Shown here: positions 1 to 9,408 of the stretch, piece by piece | Layout: every line of letters begins with the position of its first letter | Position numbering within the stretch: the stretch's first letter is position 1 | Assembly (NCBI GenBank): GCA_965208105.1 | Contig: OZ242318.1 | Span: forward strand, 3,968,001 to 4,032,000 | From: Candidatus Latescibacterota bacterium | GTDB lineage: Bacteria > Latescibacterota > UBA2968 > UBA8231 | Direction of reading: 5' to 3' | Length of the DNA: 64,000 nt | Notes under the pieces: generated by a model | The model's input: only the letters and a program-made list of their open reading frames with translations | Told to the model about the DNA's origin: nothing | Database searches by the model: none | Made by a program: the position numbers and the translations under genes

Positions 1-2
1 AC

Positions 3-380
3 ACCACCTTCTACCTGACCGACAACACACCTGAGCGAGGGAGACTCAGGTTCGTGCGCGACTTTTTCGTCAAGGCGGTTCCCGGGGAAATGCGCCGGCA
101 CATGGGATATACGCATGACCGCGCAAACCCATTCCAGGTGTGGTGCGACGGGCAGGAGCACGTGGATCTACATCCCATGGCAGGGGACGCGGTGGTTTTC
201 TACAGCCACGTTCCGCACCAGGGAGCAAAGACGGGACCGGATGCGCCGGGAAGGATGCGCGCGAATATCGTCCTGCATTACCAGCAAAACCCGATGTACC
301 CGGACATCAGGTTTGTGAGCGACCCCCAGTTCACCTTGAACCAACTGGGGTATGCGGGGACGTTTCCCTTTGCGCAATGA
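3..380 (+). CDS. Phytanoyl-CoA dioxygenase (PhyH)-like 2OG-Fe(II) oxygenase, 5'-partial
   Basis: Frame is open from the window edge. TFYLTD..PERGRLRFV, AGDAVVFYSHVPHQG (distal His) and R.NIVLHY fit the PhyH C-terminal half. Confidence 0.7.
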   Translation, partial: TTFYLTDNTPERGRLRFVRDFFVKAVPGEMRRHMGYTHDRANPFQVWCDGQEHVDLHPMAGDAVVFYSHVPHQGAKTGPDAPGRMRANIVLHYQQNPMYPDIRFVSDPQFTLNQLGYAGTFPFAQ

Positions 381-552
381 ATTTCCCAGTGTCTGCCGGG
401 CTGCTGGTCGAGCCGATTTTTCCGCGGTCTGTTGCTGATCCTTCATCCTCTTTTCATGCGCCTCCGGTTCGAGTCCAGCCGAGTTCCCGCTGGATCTTCG
501 TTTCCGCGTATTTCTCGCATCTGTTTTCAAGACCGGGAGGTATTTCGAGAAG

Positions 553-1659
553 ATGAAAAAAGCAATTCTGTCAATCGTCCTTTTCTGGGGTTTTTCCTTG
601 TGCGGCGCGGAGACATCGGGAGATGCAGAGAACGGTGCGGACCTGATTCTGCGCGCAAAGGTGAAAAAGAAGTTCAAGTTCCGCGGGAATTTCGGTGTCA
701 AGTTCGGCGTTGAGAAAGTGGAAAAGGGGGCCCTACAGGAGGGAGCAATCCAGATTTACTTCGATCCATGGGAAGAAAGGAGAATAGATCTGGAAGAGTT
801 GAAGGGCGGTGACATGTTTACGCTTGAATGCGTCGAATCGGATGAAGTATCCGACACCGACTTCATCGAGATACTGGCAGCCGGCGCCGAGGCCAGGAAA
901 ACGAATTGGAAGGTAATCCGGATCGCAGCATTCATTGCCGATGAGGACAGGGTATATGATTCCTTGCAGGAAGCCCTGGCGAACCGTGAAAGGGTTTATA
1001 TCCTCCACCTGAACAGAGAGGGATTGGACAGATGGCCCGCCAGAGTTGGCAAACTCACCCGTCTGAAAAAGCTCTCTTTAGCCAAGAATAAAATTGCGAG
1101 ATTGCCCCAAAGAATCGGCGAGCTCAGCCACCTGGAACACCTCGATGTCAGCAAGAATGCCCTAGGGGAGGTTCCTCGAGAGCTGTGGAATCTTGCCAAT
1201 CTGGAGTTCCTGTCTCTTGCGGGCAATGAAATTTCGGGACTTCCCCAGGGGATGGCCAAATTGAAGAGGCTGAGAGTACTGCACCTGAACAAAAACTCGT
1301 TCGCGGTGTTGCCGCCTGAAATAGCAGAGCTTGATTCCCTGCGGGAATTGGATTTGCACGGCAACAAGCTCAGCAGCCTCCCGCCCGGGATAAAAAATCT
1401 GAAGAAACTGAGGAAATTGAGCTTGGGGAACCCATTCTACGGTGGTAACGAGTTCAAGACCCTGCCCCTGGAGATAACCGAAATTGAAAGCCTGGAAGAA
1501 CTGGTCCTGAGTAGAAACAGCATCGCCGCACTTCCGCCCGAGATGAAAAAATTGAGAAACCTCAAGAAGCTGTGGGTAAACCAGGACTTTGACACGAAGG
1601 AAGTTCGCAAGGTCAAATCCCTCATACCGAATTTACACGTCTTGCAATTTTCAAAATGA
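553..1659 (+). CDS. Secreted leucine-rich repeat protein
   Basis: N-terminal signal peptide MKKAILSIVLFWGFSLCGA. About 8-9 LRRs of 23-aa period (LxxLxLxxNxlxxLPxxI) in the C-terminal half. Confidence 0.9.
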   Translation: MKKAILSIVLFWGFSLCGAETSGDAENGADLILRAKVKKKFKFRGNFGVKFGVEKVEKGALQEGAIQIYFDPWEERRIDLEELKGGDMFTLECVESDEVSDTDFIEILAAGAEARKTNWKVIRIAAFIADEDRVYDSLQEALANRERVYILHLNREGLDRWPARVGKLTRLKKLSLAKNKIARLPQRIGELSHLEHLDVSKNALGEVPRELWNLANLEFLSLAGNEISGLPQGMAKLKRLRVLHLNKNSFAVLPPEIAELDSLRELDLHGNKLSSLPPGIKNLKKLRKLSLGNPFYGGNEFKTLPLEITEIESLEELVLSRNSIAALPPEMKKLRNLKKLWVNQDFDTKEVRKVKSLIPNLHVLQFSK

Positions 1660-1798
1660 AGATTCGGCCGCGGAGGCAAAATCTGTCTCCATGTGCTCCA
1701 TGATCGCGGTTCCGGTTTCTATTTCGCCCGCTTCACACCGGGTATGGCCATTGCCGGGATCAGATTTCCCACCTGCCACCACCTACAATGAGGGCCAC

Positions 1799-2107
1799 AT
1801 GGCGGGATCCGACAAAGTCACCAGGCTGCAGCGCGTGCCTCTGGACGAGCGGTTCATCGAACTCGTGCTTCCGGAGACCGTTGAGGACCGGATAGAGGCG
1901 CAGGAACTGCGCCAGATTCTGCACAAGGCGCTGCAGAAACTGACCCCGGAGGAGCTCGAAGTCATCGGTCTCCGACACCAGCACAAAAGATCCCCCGGGC
2001 AGGTGGCGGCGAAGTTGGGCGTCAGCCGGGAAGAGGTCGCCAGGCTCGAGGCGAGTGCGCTCGAAAAACTGCGCAAACCTCTGGAAGCCTGGTACCTGGA
2101 GCCCTGA
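1799..2107 (+). CDS. Sigma-70 region 4 HTH-only protein
   Basis: LHKALQKLTPEELEVIGLR...SPGQVAAKLGVSREEVARLEASALEKLR. ATG at 1799 follows GAGGG; no region 2 is present. Confidence 0.75.
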   Translation: MAGSDKVTRLQRVPLDERFIELVLPETVEDRIEAQELRQILHKALQKLTPEELEVIGLRHQHKRSPGQVAAKLGVSREEVARLEASALEKLRKPLEAWYLEP

Positions 2108-3695
2108 ATTGGGCTTCTTCCAGGTCCTCCACAAAGGTCCCTGGTCTCCGCTGCAGCTCGCGGCGGCTGGCAGCATCTCGGGGCTTCTCTTCTGGGCAAG
2201 CATTCCAGGAGCCGACGTCCAGCTGCTGGCCTGGACCTGTTTGATCCCCTGTTTTCTTGGGCTCCGGCACGCAACCCCTGGGGCCCTCTTCGCCATGGGG
2301 ATGACCTCCGGCTTCATCTCCGGCCTGGGCCGCGTCTACTGGATTACCGAAACCCTACAACTCTACGGGGCCCTTCCCCTGCCCCTTGCCCTCGCCTCGA
2401 ATTTCTTCCTCATCCTCTATTTGGCTCTCTACCCGGGGATTTTCTTTTTTGCATGTTCCAGGTTAAATCTTTCGTCCCCGTTCTTTCCCTGGCAAGCCGC
2501 CAGCCTGTGGGTTCTCCTGGAGTGGGTCCAGACCTGGCTCATCAGCGGGTTTCCGTGGATGCTGCTGGGCTATTCCCAGTACCTCAATCTTTCCATCCTG
2601 CAAATTGCCTCCCTTACCGGAGTCTATGGACTCAGCTTCCTGATCGTCCTGGTCAATGCAGGCCTCGCCGGGGTTCTCGTATCCAGGTCAGGCCTGCTGA
2701 CCCGGATCGGACCACCAGCCCTGCTGCTAGTCGGGGTGTTGATCTGGGGTCGGGAGCGCATCGGCGAACTCGATGAGGAATCCGGTGCCGCGTTGAAGGT
2801 GGGGATCGTTCAGGGCAATATCCCTCAGGGAGAAAAGTGGAAAAAGGACAGAATCGCTCGCTCCACTCACCGTTACGTCGAGCTGACCCGCGCCTTTCCA
2901 TCCGACCAGCTCGATCTCATCGTCTTCCCCGAGACGGCCCTGCCCTTTCGCTTCCGGGATCAACACTACCGGACCCATCACCAGCAGATCCTCGAGCTTG
3001 CCCGCCAGCTCCGCACCCCCATGCTCGTAGGCAGCCTGGAAGGCAGCGGGGGAGGGGAGTCGGAGGACCTCTACAACCGCGCATTCCTTTTGGATGAGGG
3101 TGGTGGCGTCCACGACTTCCAGGACAAGGTCCACCTCGTGCCCTTCGGAGAGTATCTTCCCCTCGCCTTTCTGTTTCAATATCTGGAAGGTCTGACTGCC
3201 GAAAGCGGGGTATTTGCCCCGGGGAAGGACCACAAAGTCCTCACCTTGCCGTCGACAAAGCACAGCTTCGGGGTGTTCCTCTGCTACGAGTCGATCTTTC
3301 CATCGATAGCCCGCAATCTGGCAGGCTCCGGAGCGTCCTTTCTGGTCAACACGACGAACGATGCCTGGTTCGGCCTGACGGCAGCGCCTTACCAGCACCT
3401 TGCCATGGCCGTGCTGCGCGCCGTGGAAACCGGGCGCCCCGTGCTGCGGGCCGCCAATACGGGCATCTCCGGAATCATAGATCCGGCGGGGAGGGTCAGG
3501 AGAGAGACGGGCTTGTTCGAGACCGCCGCCTTTACGGTCGAGATCAGGCCGCGGACGGAATCAACGGTCTACGTGCTCTGGGGGGATTCGTTCCTGGCAC
3601 TGTGCGCCCTGTTCCTGGCCGGGGCCTCAGGTCCCGGCGTCCGGCGCTATTTTTCCCGGAACCCTTCCAGGTCGGGAGTTTCACCGGTCAAATAG
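2055..3695 (+). CDS. lnt: Apolipoprotein N-acyltransferase
   Basis: GFPW.LLGYSQ, VQGNIPQ, FPETA (Glu), DKVHLVPFGEY (Lys), LCYESIF (Cys), TNDAWFG, RAANTGIS. True start may be TTG at 2109. Confidence 0.95.
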   Translation: MRSKNCANLWKPGTWSPELGFFQVLHKGPWSPLQLAAAGSISGLLFWASIPGADVQLLAWTCLIPCFLGLRHATPGALFAMGMTSGFISGLGRVYWITETLQLYGALPLPLALASNFFLILYLALYPGIFFFACSRLNLSSPFFPWQAASLWVLLEWVQTWLISGFPWMLLGYSQYLNLSILQIASLTGVYGLSFLIVLVNAGLAGVLVSRSGLLTRIGPPALLLVGVLIWGRERIGELDEESGAALKVGIVQGNIPQGEKWKKDRIARSTHRYVELTRAFPSDQLDLIVFPETALPFRFRDQHYRTHHQQILELARQLRTPMLVGSLEGSGGGESEDLYNRAFLLDEGGGVHDFQDKVHLVPFGEYLPLAFLFQYLEGLTAESGVFAPGKDHKVLTLPSTKHSFGVFLCYESIFPSIARNLAGSGASFLVNTTNDAWFGLTAAPYQHLAMAVLRAVETGRPVLRAANTGISGIIDPAGRVRRETGLFETAAFTVEIRPRTESTVYVLWGDSFLALCALFLAGASGPGVRRYFSRNPSRSGVSPVK

Positions 3696-3699
3696 GGAT

Positions 3700-4806
3700 T
3701 CAGGCATCGCAGCTGGGCACGTCCACCCAGCGCCGCGTCCGCGCCGCGGTAAGGATGGCGTCTGCCACCGCCTGGGCCCGCATGCCGTAATAGAACGAGG
3801 GGACGCACTCCCTGCCCTTGAGAATGGCGCAGGTGAATTCCCAGGCCTGGTCCCAGCGGAAATTCTGCAGCGGATTCCCTTCCCCGGGATTGCGGGGTGA
3901 GCCGGGCAGCCTTAGAAATTTCTCGGGAACCTTGCGGGAGCGGTATGGCTCCCCTCTGCGAGCGAAGAGGATCCGGTCAGCGGGGTCCAACTGGTATGCA
4001 GCAGAGGCTGCGCTGCCGTTGAGCTCGGCTACATCGTGATCGCCGCCCGGTCCCCGTCCCTTGGTCAGCTTGCCCATCTCGAAGACTCCGGTGGCCCCGC
4101 TCCCGAACTCGGCGATCCATGCCACCCAATCCTCCAGGTCCTGGGGAGGACAGGGCTCGCCCGCCTCGGTTCGATCACGTGCCAGCACCTGGCGGGTGGC
4201 GGCGCACACCGACGTGACGGGTCCAAGCAGGTCTTCGGCGAAGTCAATGCGATGGATGCCCATATCTCCCAACTCACCTGAGCCTGCCCGGTCCTTGTAC
4301 TGGCGCCAGCCGATTGAATATTCCCCCCAGTCCTGCAGCCGTTGAAAGCGTGCGTGGCGGATTTCCCCCAATTCCCCCTGCCGCACGAGGTGGCGCAGGT
4401 AGGCCATTCCGGGCGCAAAACGGTAGGTGAAGGCCGTCATGTGCCGCAGGCCGGACTCTTTGGCTGCCCGGTAGATTTCCACCGTCTCGCCGTAGTCCAT
4501 ACCCAGGGGTTTCTCGCACAGCACGTGGCAGCCGGCCTCCAGGGCATTCAGAATGAAACTCCGGTGGAGCACGTTGGGGACGGCGATGACCACGGCGTCG
4601 GGTTCGACCTCGCGCAGGAACCGGTCGAAATCACTGCACCCCACCGCTACGCCCCACTCCTCCTGGCGGCGGGCAAGCAGCTTCGCGTCCACCTCGCAAA
4701 GGCCGGCGATTTCCACCTGCGGAATCCGGCGGAAGCCGGGGTAGTGCACCGCGGCGCAGACTCCACCGAGACCGACCAGGCCAATCCGCAACTTTTCTTC
4801 AGCCAT
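3700..4806 (-). CDS. Gfo/Idh/MocA family oxidoreductase
   Basis: IGLVGLG, HVLCEKP and GELGDMGIHRID motifs. Confidence 0.9.
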   Translation of the reverse strand: MAEEKLRIGLVGLGGVCAAVHYPGFRRIPQVEIAGLCEVDAKLLARRQEEWGVAVGCSDFDRFLREVEPDAVVIAVPNVLHRSFILNALEAGCHVLCEKPLGMDYGETVEIYRAAKESGLRHMTAFTYRFAPGMAYLRHLVRQGELGEIRHARFQRLQDWGEYSIGWRQYKDRAGSGELGDMGIHRIDFAEDLLGPVTSVCAATRQVLARDRTEAGEPCPPQDLEDWVAWIAEFGSGATGVFEMGKLTKGRGPGGDHDVAELNGSAASAAYQLDPADRILFARRGEPYRSRKVPEKFLRLPGSPRNPGEGNPLQNFRWDQAWEFTCAILKGRECVPSFYYGMRAQAVADAILTAARTRRWVDVPSCDA

Positions 4807-4825
4807 CAGCTCTCGACCTTGAAAG

Positions 4826-4957
4826 GGGCCGCCGAGGCGCCCGGCTCACAAGGCGCCTGAGCGAGTCGTACCAGTGGTGTACGGCGAGTGAAGGCAACGC
4901 CGTGAGCCGGGATGGATCGGCGGAATAATGGCGACATATTTCTGCGACGGGACACTA
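4826..4957 (+). mobile_element. MITE copy 1 (left end missing about 32 bp)
   Basis: Near-identical to 10735-10866. Ends TCTGCGACGGGACAC-TA; the CTA at 4955-4957 is the cupin stop codon. Confidence 0.85.
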
Positions 4958-5326
4958 ACGCCAGACCGTTTGGTCAGAGGTTTCCACATACTGGTTGTAG
5001 CGCTGGAGGTAATCCTCGCGAATCGGGGAAAAGATGTCCAGGACTCGTGCAGGCCCCTCCACTACCTCCCCTCCGTGCACCACATTCGACGGCACCATGA
5101 AGGCGTCGCCGGGCTCCATGAGCATCTCCTCCTCTCCGACCCTGAATTTCAGCTTGCCCTCCAGCATCAGTCCGGCCTGCTCGTGGGGGTGGCTGTGGTC
5201 GGGCACTACTCCACCCTGCTCCAGAACCAGGAAGGAGAGCATGAGGCGCTCTCCGGCGATGACGCCGCTGAGGGCACCCGGGAACAATTCCATTTTTGGC
5301 AGATCTTCAGAACGGATAAACGGCAT
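4955..5326 (-). CDS. Cupin domain protein
   Basis: PDHSHPHEQAG...PGDAFMVPSNVVHG, DIFSPIREDY. ATG at 5326 follows GAGGAGG. Confidence 0.9.
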   Translation of the reverse strand: MPFIRSEDLPKMELFPGALSGVIAGERLMLSFLVLEQGGVVPDHSHPHEQAGLMLEGKLKFRVGEEEMLMEPGDAFMVPSNVVHGGEVVEGPARVLDIFSPIREDYLQRYNQYVETSDQTVWR

Positions 5327-5339
5327 AATTGCCTCCTCT

Positions 5340-6674
5340 CTATTTGTCATTGAAGGTCCGCAGCCAGGCCCTTCCGCGGTAGCGGGGCAACAAGGCCAGG
5401 AAGCGTCCGACCATCAGGGTGTCGTAGGCCAGCCAGGCGCCCAGGAGGCCCCAGTCCAGCCAGGCTACGAAAACTACGAGTGCAGGTCCGAAAAATCCGA
5501 ATGCGGCGATGGCGGTGGCTTTGAGCATGTAGCCGACGTCATTTGCGCCGATGAAGATGCCGTCGAAAATATAATCTACGGCATTGAGGGGCTGGACGAG
5601 GGCGATCGCCAAAGCCAGGGAGGCGACCACCTCGACTACTTCCCCATGGTCGGTAAAGGCGCGGGCCAGGTATTCCAGGCCAAAGGCATACAACAGGGTG
5701 AAGCCCGCCCCTATTACCGCGCCCCACCCTATGAGCCGCCTGGCGAAACGCCGCGCCCCCTCGAAGTCCCGGTCGCCGAGATGATTCCCCACGAGGGTTT
5801 CAGCTGCATGGGCAAATCCGTCAACCCCCGAGCTCACCAGGGCCCAGAGCTGCCAGACGATGGCGTTGGCGGCCAGTGGCACCTCGCCCAGCCGGGATGC
5901 GATGGCCAACATGGAAAATTGGGCGGAGAGCAGGCACAGGGTGCGAAGGAAGAGGGTGAGATTGGTCCGCAGGACGAGAAGGAACTGCCGGCGTTCGAAG
6001 AAGCGTCCGATCGGTTCGCGCAGGTAGTCGCCGTACTTCCACAGCAGGATCCCCGCTCCGGTCAAGGCTGCAGCCCCGTTTCCCAGCACCGCCGCCCATG
6101 CCGCCCCCACAACCCCCAGCTCGGGAGCGCCCCACTTGCCAAAGATCAAGGCATAGTCCGCCCCGAGGTTCACCAGGTTGGCTACCAGGGTGATGTACAT
6201 GGGCGCCAGGGCGTTGGCCATCCCGAGAAAGAACCCGTTGAGGGCGAATACGCCCAGGACGAGGGGCATTGCGCAGATCCGCACCTCGAAGTAGCGCTGC
6301 CCCCAGAACTGCACTTCCGGGCTTCCGGCGGCCAGGCGAAAACCGATCCAGGCAATGAAATCCCGCGCCGCCAACATCAGGGCGGCCAGGGCCAGGGCGA
6401 TGGCCAGCGAACGGTACAGGGTGGCAATGCACGCCCGCCGGTCGCCGGCGCCGTGGTACTGGGCGACGAGGGAGGTGGTGCCCATGCGCAAAAACCCCGT
6501 GCTCCAGAACAGAACGTCGAAGATCACGCTTGCGGTGGCCACGGCTCCCAGGTAGGCGACCTTGGGAAGGTGTCCCACCATGGCCGTGTCGGCGATTCCG
6601 ATCAGGGGCACGGAAACAGAGGCGAAGAAATTTGGGACGGCAAGGCGCAGGATGCGCCTGTTCAGCTCGCTCAC
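5340..6674 (-). CDS. MATE family efflux transporter (DinF-like)
   Basis: RLAVP...PLIGIADTAMVGHL, FLRMGTT, DGFAHAAETLVG; about 12 hydrophobic segments. Confidence 0.9.
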   Translation of the reverse strand: MSELNRRILRLAVPNFFASVSVPLIGIADTAMVGHLPKVAYLGAVATASVIFDVLFWSTGFLRMGTTSLVAQYHGAGDRRACIATLYRSLAIALALAALMLAARDFIAWIGFRLAAGSPEVQFWGQRYFEVRICAMPLVLGVFALNGFFLGMANALAPMYITLVANLVNLGADYALIFGKWGAPELGVVGAAWAAVLGNGAAALTGAGILLWKYGDYLREPIGRFFERRQFLLVLRTNLTLFLRTLCLLSAQFSMLAIASRLGEVPLAANAIVWQLWALVSSGVDGFAHAAETLVGNHLGDRDFEGARRFARRLIGWGAVIGAGFTLLYAFGLEYLARAFTDHGEVVEVVASLALAIALVQPLNAVDYIFDGIFIGANDVGYMLKATAIAAFGFFGPALVVFVAWLDWGLLGAWLAYDTLMVGRFLALLPRYRGRAWLRTFNDK

Positions 6675-6973
6675 TCCCCTGGCCGCCAGCGGAAACAGGC
6701 GAGGTCAACCCTGTTGTTTCTGAAGACCACACCCTCCCCTTCCAGCAGATCGTACTGCCACTCGTGGAATCCGTTGTGGACGCGGGGCGAAATCCTGCCA
6801 TGGGCATTGATCACCCGGTGCCAGGGCAAATCCAACTCCTCGGGCATTCCGGCGAGGGCATACCCTACCTGGCGCGCCCGTCCGGGATATCCCGCCAGGG
6901 TGGCGACCTGACCATATGTAGCGACCCGTCCCCGGGGAATCCGCGCCACCACCCTGTAGATGGCACGGCGCAT
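6671..6973 (-). CDS. Alkyltransferase-like (ATL, MGMT family) O6-alkylguanine-binding protein
   Basis: IPRGRVATYGQVA, ARQVGYAL and PWHRV (Trp in place of the MGMT catalytic Cys of PCHRV). Stop overlaps the MATE start (GTGA). Confidence 0.9.
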   Translation of the reverse strand: MRRAIYRVVARIPRGRVATYGQVATLAGYPGRARQVGYALAGMPEELDLPWHRVINAHGRISPRVHNGFHEWQYDLLEGEGVVFRNNRVDLACFRWRPGE

Positions 6974-6980
6974 GGGGTTC

Positions 6981-7226
6981 TCAACAGTTGGGCGCAAGGG
7001 TTCCGTCCCTGCCCTCGAGGAAGTCGAGGGCCTTGGCGTAGCTGCGCTTCTCCAGATAGTGCAGCAGCATGGGCGGCGCCTGCCCTCCGAGCTCCTCCTT
7101 CAGGCGGTCCAGGCGCTGCAGGTGGTCGACCAGCCCCGGACCCTGGTCGGGGGCGGACCGGCCGGCTTCGATAAGCTGCATCATCGCGGAGAGAGTCTGG
7201 TGGAGTTCCCTTTGTATGGTCATCAT
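6981..7226 (-). CDS. Small hypothetical protein
   Basis: Fills the gap in a co-oriented run. Helical sequence ending LLHYLEKRSYAKALDFL; a purine-rich SD-like stretch precedes the ATG. Confidence 0.6.
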   Translation of the reverse strand: MMTIQRELHQTLSAMMQLIEAGRSAPDQGPGLVDHLQRLDRLKEELGGQAPPMLLHYLEKRSYAKALDFLEGRDGTLAPNC

Positions 7227-7252
7227 CGGTCCTTTCCCATTGGGTCCTGACC

Positions 7253-8083
7253 TCATGGCGCCGCCGCTTCCCCGTCGGGGAGTGCGAGAATTCGCCTCAT
7301 CCGTTCCCCCATTTCCACCAGGGTCCGGTGGTCTCCTCCTACCTCGTGGATGAGGGTCGAGTCGTAGTTCGCCCGGCGCAGCTCGCGCATAACCAGCGGC
7401 CAGTCCGTATCCCCGTCCAGAAGGTTGACGAAGCGATGCTCGCCGCGGACGTAGTCCTTCAGGTGGACCCTTTTGATGCGGCTGCCGAGAGACCGGATCC
7501 ACTGCTCCGGATGTCCGTATTCCATCATGTTGGCGGTGTCCAGATAAATCGCCACCCAGGGACTGCCGATCTCGTCAATGAGCTGGCGGGCTTCCCTGGG
7601 GCTCAGAATGAATTTGTTCCACACGTTCTCCAGCGCAATTACCGCCCCGTGGCTCTCGGCAGTTTCCGCCATTCCAACCAGGGCGTCGCGAAGGTCGTTC
7701 CAGGCTTCCTCGTAGGTTCCCTCCGCCGGGAGTGCGCCCGGGTGCAGAAGAACGGCGCCTGCTCCCAGGATTCCGGCGATCTCCAGGGCGCGGCGCAGAC
7801 ACAGGCAGCACTGCTCGCGTTCTGCTGCATTGCGGCTCAAGAGGTTGCCCCTGGCGGCGTAGTGAGCAACCACGCTGCCGATCTCCACACCTGCCTCCGC
7901 GCATTGGTCCCCCACCGCCCGGATTTCGTCCTTGCCCAGACCTATGTCCAGGTCCTTGCCTTCGGCAAAGACCAATTCCACGGCATTGTAGCCGGCCTGC
8001 CGGCACAGGCTCAGGGTATCTGCGAGGGACATTCCACCCAGGACGATCTGGGTAACTCCGATTTTCATTCTCATTTCTCCCAT
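7253..8083 (-). CDS. Sugar phosphate isomerase/epimerase (AP endonuclease 2 TIM barrel)
   Basis: ALENVWNKF, YLDTANM, RVHLKDY, GDTDW motifs. Confidence 0.88.
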   Translation of the reverse strand: MGEMRMKIGVTQIVLGGMSLADTLSLCRQAGYNAVELVFAEGKDLDIGLGKDEIRAVGDQCAEAGVEIGSVVAHYAARGNLLSRNAAEREQCCLCLRRALEIAGILGAGAVLLHPGALPAEGTYEEAWNDLRDALVGMAETAESHGAVIALENVWNKFILSPREARQLIDEIGSPWVAIYLDTANMMEYGHPEQWIRSLGSRIKRVHLKDYVRGEHRFVNLLDGDTDWPLVMRELRRANYDSTLIHEVGGDHRTLVEMGERMRRILALPDGEAAAP

Positions 8084-8454
8084 GCGGAAATCCTATGAAA
8101 ACTAAAGCGGGCAAGGCTCCTCGTCCAGCCGCGCGGCGGGGCTCCGTTGCCAGGCCCAATTGCGGATCCGGGGCTTTGCCTCCATTGAAATTTGCGGAAT
8201 GATTCACGCGCTCCGTCCACCCTGTCCATTCAACTTCATGATCGAGTCCGCCCCTTGAGGAAGGCAGCGACAACCGGGGAAGGCGTGGGTAATCATTCCC
8301 CTGTTGTTGGCAGGGGGAGGGACAGGGGCTGACCTGCCTCGGCAGGCAACCGGGACCAACCAGCGGGGAACCGGCATTTTTTCGGTTGTGGACGCGCTCC
8401 TGTCGCGCTATTTTCATTGACCAAATTTCGTCCACCATTCCCGGGAGTTTCCTC

Positions 8455-9375
8455 ATGGCCAAGAAGAAAGCAGCCTTCAAGATCGGCATCGTCGGCACCG
8501 GCCGCATGGGCGGCAATATCGCCCTCCACCTCAAGGACGTTGGATTCTCGGTGACCTCCGTTTACGATTCTCATGCGCCCACCGCACGCAATTCGGCACG
8601 GCAGTTGGGCCTCAAGCCGGCCAGGACCCTGGCCGAAGTCTCCGCTGCCGCCGATGTAATTATAACCGTGGTCACCGACGACAAGTCCATGAACAGCATC
8701 TTCGCCGAGCGGGGGGACAGCCTGCTGCAGGACGCTGCCGGCAAGGTTTTCATCAACTGCGCCACCGTCTCGCCTGACGCTCACCGGAAAGCCGAGAAGC
8801 GCGCGGCCAAGGTCGGCGCCGCCACCCTGGAAGGGTGCATGGCCAGCAGCATCACCCAGGCGCGCGAAGGAACCCTCTACCTGATGTGCGGCGGCGAAAA
8901 AAAGGTGTTCGACCGGGTTCGTCCAATTCTCGACGCCATGAGCGTCGATCTGCGCTACATCGGCAAAACGGGCCAGGCCGCCGAGGTCAAAGCCCTGGTC
9001 AACATGGTGATGAACATAAACACCGCCGGCCTGGCCGAAGGCCTGGGTCTCGGCAAGGCCCTGAAGCTGGACCTGGAAATGCTGATGGAGGTTTTCTCCC
9101 AGACCGGGGCGAATTCCCGCGTCCTCGAAACCGACGGAGAAGACATGGTTGCCCGCGACCACGAGTGCTACTTTTCGGCCGCCCACGCTGCCAAGGACTC
9201 GGGGATCGCCCTCAAGTTGGCCCGGGAAGCCGGCCTCAATCTGCCCCTGGCTCGGGCCACCAAAGCCCAGTTCAACCGCATGATGGCGATCGGCAAGGGA
9301 GAGCTCGACAAATCCGGCGTTGCCGAGCTGACCTTCCCCGGCCGCTCCGGCACCAGGAGGAAGGCGAAGAGATAG
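8455..9375 (+). CDS. 3-hydroxyisobutyrate dehydrogenase family NAD(P)-dependent oxidoreductase
   Basis: IGIVGTGRMGGNIA, INCATVSP, KALVN (catalytic Lys), KDSGIAL. Confidence 0.9.
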   Translation: MAKKKAAFKIGIVGTGRMGGNIALHLKDVGFSVTSVYDSHAPTARNSARQLGLKPARTLAEVSAAADVIITVVTDDKSMNSIFAERGDSLLQDAAGKVFINCATVSPDAHRKAEKRAAKVGAATLEGCMASSITQAREGTLYLMCGGEKKVFDRVRPILDAMSVDLRYIGKTGQAAEVKALVNMVMNINTAGLAEGLGLGKALKLDLEMLMEVFSQTGANSRVLETDGEDMVARDHECYFSAAHAAKDSGIALKLAREAGLNLPLARATKAQFNRMMAIGKGELDKSGVAELTFPGRSGTRRKAKR

Positions 9376-9408
9376 ATCTCCCGTGGTTTCATCCCGGGAG
9401 CAGCGCTT

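Noticed and set aside
4912-5100. Recurrent short ORFs such as MDRRNNGDIFLRRDT (also at 62891)
   Set aside because: These are translations of the MITE, not a gene family.
5034-6911. Long antisense ORFs (also 19679-21238, 34379-36775, 48008-49852, 60732-62348)
   Set aside because: They lie opposite well-supported genes and are expected from high-GC codon bias.
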